Shown here: in pieces, positions 53,203 to 64,000 of the stretch
Layout of the letters: every line of letters begins with the position of its first letter
How positions within the stretch are numbered: position 1 is the first letter of the stretch
DNA from: Eledone cirrhosa
Lineage: Eukaryota
Assembly: GCA_964016885.1 (NCBI GenBank)
Contig: OZ024759.1
Location: 20,336,001-20,400,000, forward strand
Reading direction: 5' to 3'
Length of the DNA: 64,000 nt
Position numbers and translations under genes: made by a program
Notes under the pieces: model-generated
Databases searched by the model: none
Told to the model about the DNA's origin: nothing
What the model saw: the letters and a program-made list of their open reading frames with translations, nothing else

Positions 53203-53745
53203 CTATCACCGAGTCCATTGTCATGATCAAACCGCCACCCTCCTTCAAAAACGAAGGAGAGGCGGTTTTCCTTTGTGTGATAGCTATGGCGCAAGAGGTT
53301 GTATGGTGGACAAGGTTGAAAGGGTTGAGGTCGGACACCTTTCTCTCCGGCCAACAACTGATTCTTTTTTTCAAATACCACTTTGGAAGAAGAATCAGGA
53401 TGGAGAGAGAGGTGCTGTACCCCAGCAAGTTTTATGAAAGGTGGGTGAAAGTGGCGAGAATGGCCCGAGTGAATGGGCCTTCTCTCTATATCAGCCTGTA
53501 GGTTGAGGAAAAGGAGGAGGAGAGGAAAGGAGTACAAACTCTTCGTACTCCTGGAGATGAGGGTTGCACATTTTTTTTTCGGGGGTATGTGTTACCCATA
53601 TGAAATGTCTCCCCCTATTGTGGGAAAATCGACTAATTTTTAAATTACATTTCTGATAATATTTTACACGTTTTTATTGTATGTAAACTTCCCCCTTTGT
53701 ATTTGTCCCCTTCTTTTGTGCCCCTGTGGCTAATAAAGAAACATA
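53203..53745 (+). mobile_element. 3' end of an L1/Tx1-clade LINE (ORF2 C-terminus plus 3' UTR) inside (TCTA)n
   Basis: Uninterrupted ~99-codon frame ESIVMIKPPPSF...AQEVVWWTRLKG...FFKYH..RRIRMER...FYERWV...SL*, resembling Tx1/L1 C-termini; AATAAA; TCTA repeats on both sides. Confidence 0.65.
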
Positions 53746-54048
53746 TCTATCTCTATCCACTAATTTATTTTCTCTATCTATCTATCTAACTATCTAGCCA
53801 TCTATCTATGTATCTCTCTATCCATTTATCTATCTATTTTTCTATCTATCTATAAACAATAAAGAAACATATCTATCTATCTATCTGTCTGTCTATCATT
53901 ACCCCTTCTCTCTCTATATATATTTATATATATATATCATTTTCTCTACCTTCTCTTTCAACCCTTCCATTCCCTCTACCTTCTCCTCCCTCTGTATTTG
54001 TGTTTGTCGCCCACCTCTCTCTCTGAATGTATGAACATTGTGCCTTTC

Positions 54049-54085
<37 letters not shown>

Positions 54086-55056
54086 TGTATATATTATGTA
54101 TGTATGTATGTATTGTATAGGTATGTACTTGCACATATATATATGTGTGCCTGTATGGGTGTTTGTGTGGATATGCATGTATATGTGTGCGTGTGCATGT
54201 GTGTATATACATGTGTGTGTGTATATGTGTGCATATATGTATGTGTGCATATGTATGTATATATATATGTGCATGTATATATGTGCATGTATATATACAC
54301 ATGCGTGTATATATATCTTCTAATGCAATAATAACTGTCCATTCCTCGTCTATTTACAATATTCCATTCTTTGCCTATTTTGTATTTTTTTCATTCTATG
54401 GATTATTTAATATTTGTTTATTTGATAGAAGAGTTTTATTTCTTCTCATATATTATCTGACTTTTCATTGTCTATATATATATATATATATATATATACA
54501 CGCAAGCAGGGAAAAGCGGACGTAAAATGATGATGATGATCATATATATATACATATATATATACACACACATATATATATACACACACATACATATATA
54601 CACACACACACATATATATATATATACACACATATATATACACACACATATATACATACACACACATATATACATACACACAGATACAGATATAAACGCA
54701 CATGTATATGTATGTATGTATGTGTATATATATATATATATTTATATAAATACATACATACACACACATTATATATAATTTTCTGGGAAGATTGACATTT
54801 TATTTTTGTTGAGAATTATTTTATCCCCCCCCCCCCCCCTACACACACACACCTCCCCATATATATATCATCATCATCATCAATTTATGTCCGCTTTTCC
54901 CTGCCTGCATGTATATATAAATGTGTGCGTATATATATATATACACACAAACATTACACCTGTACATATATGTAATAATATATGTATTAATATGTATTAA
55001 TATATAAACGTGTATTAATATATAACGTGTGCGTGTCTGGATATATGTGAATGTTT

Positions 55057-55091
<35 letters not shown>

Positions 55092-55695
55092 AACATTAGA
55101 TACATACATATGTATCGTGATAATGATGATGATGATGATATATATACAAACATTAGATACATACATATGTATGTACATATATGTATTAATATATAAACAT
55201 GTGTGCGTGTCTGGATATATGTGAATGTATATATATACACACACACATACATATATACATATATTTATCATATCTTTTTTCCTTTCATCTGTTGAATTCA
55301 TCTTTTCATTTCATTCTCTCCAGATCTCATTCTTTATCCTTGTTTCTTAATCTTAATTCTCTAGTTTTTCTCTAATATTCATTGCTCACCTCCCCTTCTC
55401 TCACTCTCTCTCCGTTATCTTATTTCCTCTCATCCATCCCTTTCTCTTTCTAACTCTGTCCTAATCTCTCTCTCACATCTTTGTGTTTTCCTCACATCTC
55501 TCCCTCTCTGTCTGTCCCTTTTTTCTCTCTTTCTCCACATATCTCTCCCTCTCTATCCTCCTTCTCTCTCCCTCTCTCCCTATCTATCTCGTCCTCTCTC
55601 CCTCTCCCCCTATATCTCTCCCCCTCTCCCTCTCTCTCTCTCAACTGATATTGTATCATTGTCTTGGATATCACATATGTATCACATATTATATC

Positions 55696-56315
55696 TTTGC
55701 CTTTCATCCTTACGGGGTCGATAAAATAAAGTACCAGTAATGCACTGGGATAATTGCTGGCCTTGTGCCAAAAGTAGAAACAATTATTATATCTTTTATT
55801 TGTGACACATCATATCGATATCTTTTGTCTGACTATCATACCTATATCTTTTGTCTGTGACATATATCTGTCTTTTGTCTGTGGCATATATTTATCATTT
55901 GTCTGTGACATATATCTATAACTTCTATCTGTAACATCATACTTATGTCTTTTGTCTGACATATCATACTTATGTCTTTTGTCTATGACATATCTATATC
56001 TTTTGTCTGTGACATATCATACCTAGATCTTTTGTCTTTTGTCTATGACACATCATATCTATATCTTTTGTCTATGACATATATCTATATTTATTTTCTA
56101 TAACTCAAAATATTGATCACTTTTTCTTCTCTATGATCTTGGCAGTATCGATAGAGCGTTAGACACCATGCTTTGCAGCCTAGAAAAGGGTACATTTTGG
56201 AAACAAATGAACACAGAAAAAGGTACATTTGCGAAACAAATGAACATAGAAAAAGGGTACATTTTCGAAACAAATAAACATAGGAAAGGGTACATTTTGG
56301 AAACAATGGAACATA
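55696..56315. repeat. Meta-like SINE 3' half (55696-55788), TCTTTTGTCTGTGACATATC minisatellite (55790-56090) and a ~33-bp repeat x4 (56181-56315)
   Basis: Direct reading. Confidence 0.75.
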
Positions 56316-56644
56316 GACTCCTGCGGTAACTTTGAAATTGAATGATTCATTTTCATACACACAGTATTGTCTGTATGAAGTACTACAGAAGAGGACAGGA
56401 CAGCCATCAGTAATTTGAGTTCAGGTTACTTGTTTTGTTTTCTCATATGTCACCAAGAAGCCTCATATCTTAAAATAAAAATTGTCTCTTGGAGATGAGT
56501 TTCATCAAGATTCCATACAAATTCTTGACCCATAGAATTGCTTTGCTGTAAGATGAGTGTGTGAGTATGTGTGTGTAAATTGTCGTAATGTTTCTGTGTT
56601 TGTGTACACATGTGTATTATGTATCTATGTATGTATCTCTATCA

Positions 56645-56707
<63 letters not shown>

Positions 56708-56964
56708 TTGTGTATACATATATACACATAAATGTATGAGCATGTATATACATGTGTGTTAGTATTTATGTATGTGTGTATGTATCTATGTGTGTGTGTG
56801 TGTATGAATGCGTGTGTATATGTGTGTGTATATATATGTATGTCTGTATATGTGTGTGCATATATATATATATAAATACCTTCCTTAGACCTCCACTATT
56901 CACTTCCTCCATCCCCACCCCATCTTGCATATCCAGCAACTCTTGCCTCTAGAGAGAATGAGAC

Positions 56965-57812
56965 AACAAAAGCACCAAGTCCACTCTGTATAATATGCTA
57001 GTCCCATTACCAAAAAGCACCCAGCCCACCCTGTACATCAATTATGCTAGTGCCATTACCAAAAAGCACCTAGTCTACCCTGTACATCAGTTATGCTAGT
57101 GCCATTACCAAAAAGCACCCAGTCCACCCTGTATATCAGTCATGATAGTGCCATTACCAAAAAGCACCCAGTCCACCCTGTACATCAATTATGCTAGTGC
57201 CATTACCAAAAAGCATCCAGTCCACTCTGTATATCAGTCATGATAGTGCCATTACCAAAAAGCACCTAGTCTACCCTGTATATCAGTTATGCTAGTGCCA
57301 TTACCAAAAAGCACCCAGTCCACCCTGTATATCAGTTATGCTAGTGCCATTACCAAAAAGCACCTAGTCTACCCTGTATATCAGTTATGCTAGTGCCATT
57401 ACCAAAAAGCACCTAGTCTACCCTGTATATCAGTTATGCTAGTGCCATTACCAAAAAGCACCCAGTCCACCCTGTATATCAGTTATGCTAGTGCCATTAC
57501 CAAAAAGTACCCAGTCCACCCTGTATATCAGTCATGCTAGGGCCATTACCAAAAAGCACCCAGTCCACCCTGTATATCAGTCACGATAGTGCCATTACCA
57601 AAAAGTACCCAGTCCACCCTGAATGGCCATCATGCTGGTACCATTATAAAAGAAAAGGCTCCCAGTTCATGATGTAATGTGATTGACATTACGAGGGGCA
57701 TCCAGCCATGGAAAGCAAAGCCTGCTGATCTGATCTGGCCTGGCTAGCCGCATAATCTGACAACCTGTCTAACTTACGCAAGCATGGGTAAATAGATGTT
57801 AAATGGTGATGT
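56965..57812 (+). repeat. 49-bp minisatellite (~13 copies, 56997-57621) expanded inside a SINE 3' region
   Basis: Unit GCTAGTGCCATTACCAAAAAGCACCCAGTCCACCCTGTATATCAGTTAT; followed by the GGGCATCCAGCC...AGATGTTAAATGGTGATG SINE tail. Confidence 0.9.
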
Positions 57813-57883
57813 GTGTGTGTATTTATCTATGTATGTATGTGCTTGTGTATGGATGTATATGTATGCATGTGTGTGTGTGTGTT

Positions 57884-57925
<42 letters not shown>

Positions 57926-58101
57926 TGTATGTATATGTATGTATATGTTTTGTCTAACGAATGAGATAAATTCTAACCTATTGACTTATATTTCATTACA
58001 CATATATATATATATAATCTCTCTCTCTCTTTCTCTCTCTACCCCTCTCTCTCTCTATATATATATATATAATCTCTCTCTCTCTATATATATATATATA
58101 A

Positions 58102-58158
<57 letters not shown>

Positions 58159-58260
58159 ATCTCTCTCTATATATATATATATCTCTCTGTCTCTCTCTCT
58201 ATACATACATATATATATATATATAGTTGCAAGAACAATGCGTCCGTATATATAATATCG

Positions 58261-58310
<50 letters not shown>

Positions 58311-58519
58311 GTCCATTCACCTATACTCTATTGTAGATTTATAAGAATATAAATTAAAAGAAACATTTACTGATGGGGTGTAACAATATTTATTACACAC
58401 ACACATATATATATACATACATGCACACACATACACCTGCATAGACACGTATATAGACACATAAACACAACACTCACTCTCTCACACACATGCATACCAC
58501 TATACACAACGCCACACCA

Positions 58520-59500
58520 CACACAGACCACCACACACACACACACACACAGACCACCTCACACACACACACACAGACCACCGCACACACACATACACAC
58601 AGACCACCTCAGTCACACACAAACCACCTCGCACACACCCACAGACCACCTCGCACACACACAGACCACCTCGCAGACACACAGACCACCTCGCACACAC
58701 ACAGACCACCTCGCACACACACAGACCACCTCGCACACACACAGACCACCTCGCACACACACAGACCACCTCGCAGACACACAGACCACCTCGCACACAC
58801 ACAGACCACCTCGCAGACACACAGACCACCTCGCAGACACACAGACCACCTCGCACACACACAGACCACCTCGCACACACACAGACCACCTCGCACACAC
58901 ACAGACCACCTCGCACACACACAGACCACCTCGCACACACACAGACCACCTCGCACACACACAGACCACCTCGCACACACACAGACCACCTCGCACACAC
59001 ACAGACCACCTCGCACACACACAGAGCACCTCGCACACACACAGACCACCTCGCACACACACAGACCACCTCGCACACATAGACATCCTCACCCACACAC
59101 AGACCACCTCACACACACAGGCCACCACACATACACAGCACCACACACCCACAGCACCACACACACATTACACAACACCACACACACACATTACACAACA
59201 CCACACACATATTACACATCACACCCACACACATATTACAAAACACCACACACACACATATTACAAAACACCACACACACACATATTACAAAACACCACA
59301 CACACACATATTACAAAACACCACACACACACATATTACAAAACACCACACACACACATATTACAAAACACCACACACACACATATTACACAACGCCACA
59401 CACACACATTACACAACGCCACACATTACACAACACCACACACACATATTACACAACACCACACATTACACAACACCACACACACACACTAACACACACA
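58520..59500. repeat. 20-bp minisatellite ACAGACCACCTCGCACACAC (~23 copies), then a 23-bp ACATATTACAAAACACCACACAC repeat
   Basis: Direct reading. Confidence 0.95.
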
Positions 59501-59639
59501 TAGCCACAATACAACAGATACACACGCTACCATAGAATCTAACATGAAAGGATGGAGACAGTAATGAAAGGTAGACAAACATCAACAGTCTTAAAACTAT
59601 TTTTGGATTGGAATAAATGATTTGGTTTCAGTTCAACTT

Positions 59640-60765
59640 TGTTGTTGTTGGTGCTGGAGTTGTTGTTGGTGTTGTTGTTGGTGGTGGAGTTGGTGTTGGT
59701 GGTGCTGGAGTTGTTGTTGGTGGTGTTGTTGTTGGTTTTGTTGTTGGTGGTGGAGTTGTTGTTGGTGCTGGAGTTGGAGTTGTTGGAGGTGGTGCTGGAG
59801 TTGGTGTTGGTGGTGTTGTTGTTGGTGCTGGAGTTGTTGTTGGTGTTGTTGTTGGTGGTGGAGTTGGTGTTGGTGGTGCTGGAGTTGTTGTTGGTGGTGT
59901 TGTTGGTGGTGGTGTTGTTGTTGGTGCTGGAGTTGGTGTTGTTGTTGGTGCTGGAGTTGTTGGTGTTGGAGGTGGTGTTGGTGCTGGAGTTGTTGTTGGT
60001 TTTGTTGTTGGTGCTGGAGTTGTTGTTGGTGTTGTTGTTGGTGGTGGAGTTGGTGTTGGTGGTGCTGGAGTTGTTGTTGGTGGTGTTGTTGGTGCTGGAG
60101 TTGTTGGTGCTGGAGTTGTTGGTGTTGGAGGTGGTGTTGGTGCTGGAGTTGTTGTTGGTGCTGGAGTTGTTGTTGGTGTTGTTGTTGGTGGTGGAGTTGG
60201 TGTTGGTGGTGCTGGAGTTGTTGTTGGTGTTGTTGTTGGTGGTGGAGTTGGTGTTGGTGGTGCTGGAGTTGTTGTTGGTGGTGTTGTTGGTGCTGGAGTT
60301 GTTGTTGGTGCTGGAGTTGTTGTTGGTGTTGTTGGTGGTGGAGTTGGTGTTGGTGGTGCTGGAGTTGTTGTTGGTGGTGTTGTTGGTGCTGGAGTTGTTG
60401 TTGGTGCTGGAGTTGTTGTTGGTGTTGTTGTTGGTGCTGGAGTTGTTGTTGGTGTTGTTGGTGCTGGAGTTGTTGTTGGTGGTGTTGTTGGTGCTGGAGT
60501 TGTTGGTGGTGTTGTTGGTGCTGGTGTTGGTGCTGGAGTTGGTGTTGGTATTGTTGGTGATGTTGTTGTGTTGTTGGTGCTGGAGTTGTTGTTGGTGGTG
60601 GTGGTATTGGTGTTGTTGGTGCTGGTGTTGTTGGTGTTGTTGGTGATGTTGTTGGTGATGTTGTTGTTGTTGTTGGTGATGTTGTTGTTGTTGGTGATGT
60701 TGTTGTTGTTGGTGATGTTGTTGGTGATGTTGTTGGTGCTGTTGTTGGTGCTGTTGTTGGTGTTG
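59640..60765. repeat. (GTT/GGT)n array punctuated by GCTGGA
   Basis: Trinucleotide-phased array; long ORFs in most frames. Confidence 0.9.
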
Positions 60766-61041
60766 GAAATTTCAAAAATTGGTAGAGCAAAAAAGAGCAA
60801 CAAACAATACATCTTTAGATATAAACAAAATAGCATTAAGACAGATATGTTTAAATAATTGTATTTATTTCATTATACACATTTCAATGACATGATGGAT
60901 GGTTATGTAATGGTTATATCATTAATAGGCACAGCTGTGATATCATGAAATATTAACACAATTACTTGAAGAGGTTATGGCATGTTATGTCACTGGCAAA
61001 GTTATACTATCCTGATTTAAATTGAACACACATACATATAT

Positions 61042-61652
61042 ATGGTGGCTGCCAACTCATTTTCGAGTACGGCCACTACTTTATATCCATGTAGGAGAAC
61101 CCCTACCGATGCGCTGAACGAGTGTGACTTTTTAGTCCAGCCAGCGACTTGAAAACTCTGGTACAAACACTACACTTGTGACAATTATTGACATATAGTG
61201 CTGGGCCCATGGTACCATGTGATGACAAGTGCAGAGAGATCTCCAGATATAAAGCAATGCCTGTGCCGTGAAGCTTTTATAGTGAGCAAAGGCACTGCAC
61301 AAAGCCAGTCCCACTCTCTTAACCAAGATGATATTTACCAAAAAGAAGAACAAGTCAACATCATTGGATACCATCAGGGTTGTAGGTGTTATATCAGAGT
61401 TTTCCTTCTCCTAGAATTCTGCCTTGACAAAGGCTAAGGGGTCATATCTCCCGGTGATTTTGGATGGCCATTGACTCTTAAGAGCTCCCTTGCCCTTTGA
61501 CAGGTTTTGTTTTTAGTCCTGCAGGATGTCCAAAGTCACCCTCCTCACCAAGAAACCTTGGTGGGGTTGCCAGTTTAGTCGCCAACGACCCGACCATGAG
61601 ACAGGTTGTACTGGGATACATGTTACCAGTAGCACCAACTGGTGACCTGACA
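61042..61652 (-). mobile_element. Full copy of family R
   Basis: Near-identical to 13729-14339. Confidence 0.85.
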
Positions 61653-61654
61653 TA

Positions 61655-61691
<37 letters not shown>

Positions 61692-61786
61692 TATTGGTAA
61701 AACACTGGGTGAATATATCCGTAGTTAGAGCACTCAGTCCATAGGATGAGTTTGGTATAAAGTTAGTTCCACAACAAATTAGCTGA

Positions 61787-61822
<36 letters not shown>

Positions 61823-61929
61823 CGTTTCTGAATTTGTTTAGCAAGATTCTTTATCTGAAATCGTGTGTTGAAACCGAATGGCGTAGGACAGAACAAAGGA
61901 GAGGCACAGAAACAAAGAAAGGAATCCCC

Positions 61930-61974
61930 AGTCACTGAAGAGGTCACAGAGTGTGTGACGAAAGAACTATGACT
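61930..61974 (+). ncRNA. Minimal type I hammerhead motif (family H5)
   Basis: AGTCA-CTGAAGA-G-GTCAC AGAGTGT GTGAC-GAAA-GAAC-TA-TGACT; stems I and II pair; one extra G; very short stem III. Confidence 0.65.
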
Positions 61975-62150
61975 ATATATAAACAACTATCTGGTTGTGG
62001 AACCAACCAACCAACCAGAAATTTATAAATTTATAAATTTATTATAAATTTATTATAATAAATTGAAGTAAAAGCAACTGGTGCGTGTGTTTCTTATTGG
62101 CAACATGACCCTCCCAAAGAATAACAATATATATATATATATATATATAT

Positions 62151-62348
62151 AACGAAGGAAGTGTGGTAAGGAACCAGGTGGGCCATAACACACCAGAGTA
62201 CTCGATACTTTGGGTAGCAGAGTGGGTAATAGGAAAAGGTTCAGGACCCCGATGGTAGAGCTGAAGCTGTTTCGATAGCTATTTCTTTCCAGAAATAGCC
62301 ACCGAAACGGCTTGAGCTCTGCCGTCGGGGTCCTGAACCTTTTCCTAT
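62151..62348. mobile_element. Penelope-like hairpin element H2 (imperfect inverted repeat 62229-62348)
   Basis: Homologous to 11124-11332; (TA)n flanks. Confidence 0.75.
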
Positions 62349-62639
62349 ATATATATATATAAAATTTAGTTTCATTTGTTCATATTTTTTTTTACTGCAT
62401 AACTCTGATGTTTCAACAACTGAGTTAATAGTTTGTTTATTTTCTTTGAAATATTTCTCTAAAGTTACATAGCTCACTACCAACTTTCTTTGCTGAAACG
62501 TCATAGCTATGTTGTAAGAAATAAAATTATATACACTTATTCTGTAATCAATATTGAGTTCTGTCATTCTTGTGGACTACAAAGTTCACCACTAGATTTA
62601 AATATTACACACACACACACTTATCTGTTAGTGAGAAAT

Positions 62640-62846
62640 ATATATGTGTGTGTATGTGTGTGTGTATATATGTATGTATATGAATATATATGAATATGTG
62701 TATATATGTGTGTGTGTATGTGTGTATATATGTATATATATATATATGTATACATATGAATATGCGTATATAGGAATATATATATGCATACATATTATGA
62801 ATATGTATATGAGTGTATTTAATGACTATATGTGTGTGTGTATATA

Positions 62847-62896
<50 letters not shown>

Positions 62897-62968
62897 TATA
62901 AGAATATATATATATATATGTACATATCATCATCATCATTTTACGTCCGCTTTTCCCTGCTTGCAAGG

Positions 62969-63024
<56 letters not shown>

Positions 63025-63518
63025 ATATATGTGTGTGTGTGTGTGTGTATATATGTATATGTGTGTGTGTGTATGTGTGTGTATATATATATATGTATGT
63101 ATATATATATGTATATATATGTATATATGTATATGTATATACTGTATATGTATATATATATGTATATACTGTATATGTATATATATATGTATATTATATG
63201 TGTATGTATGTATGTATGTATATATATATGTATGTATATATATATGTATGTATATATATATGTATGTATATATGTATGTATACATATATATGTATATATA
63301 TATATGTATATATATGTATGTATATATGTATGTATACATATATATGTATGTATATATGTATGTATACATATATATGTATATATATATATGTATATGTATG
63401 TATGTATATATATATGTATATATATATATGTATATGTATGTATGTATATATATATGTATATATATATATGTATATGTATGTATGTATATATATATGTATA
63501 TATATATATGTATATATG

Positions 63519-63601
<83 letters not shown>
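62640..63601. repeat. (TA)n/(TATG)n compound microsatellite with an embedded SINE/RTE tail at 62927-62970
   Basis: Direct reading. Confidence 0.9.
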
Positions 63602-63604
<3 letters not shown>

Positions 63605-64000
63605 AGGATTTGAGTCTCCAACACCCCACCATTACACTAGAAAGAATACTGAAAAGATATAATTCTAATTCTAGTTTTTCTCCTCCTCCCCCTCCTCCTC
63701 TCCCCTACCGTCTCCCCCCCCCCCCAATCACTCCATCTATCTATTCCCCCACCCCACCCCACCCCACCCCAATAAACACTGCAGCCGACTCGACACACGA
63801 ACATGTCTGACTGTAAAATGATTGAAGCAGACGACGACTGACGACAATGCTAACAACAACAACAACTATAATAATTAGGATGATGATGATAATGATAGCT
63901 AACAACAATAATGGCTATGGTGATGATGGTGATGATGATAGCTAACAACAATAATGACTATGGTGATGATGATGATGATAATGATGGCTAACAACAATAA

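Overview
This is AT-rich eukaryotic, essentially non-coding (intergenic or intronic) DNA saturated with (TA)n, (CA)n, (CAC)n and (TCTA)n microsatellites and minisatellites. The SINE complement (tRNA head plus CORE-like or Meta-like domains, (GAT)n tails) and the repeat texture suggest an octopod cephalopod such as Octopus; this is inferred from recalled repeat families, not from a search. Almost all ORFs in the track are simple-repeat artefacts, and no intact host gene is supportable (one 90-nt exon candidate at 4364-4453). Supportable features: many SINEs, fragments of several LINE clades (RTE, RNase-H-bearing I/R1-like, L1/Tx1, CR1/L2-like, REL-type), an Hsmar2-like mariner remnant, piggyBac-, pogo/Tigger- and hAT-like MITEs, and non-autonomous Helitrons. 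The most striking signal is a set of sequence-distinct type-I hammerhead ribozyme motifs in short elements embedded in (TA)n arrays, resembling Penelope-like pseudo-LTRs: four families have full cores, a fifth keeps only the 3' half, and degenerate relics also occur. Several sit in perfect palindromes or inverted repeats, and they share a covarying RCTC...GAGY motif downstream. All folds and alignments were made by eye.
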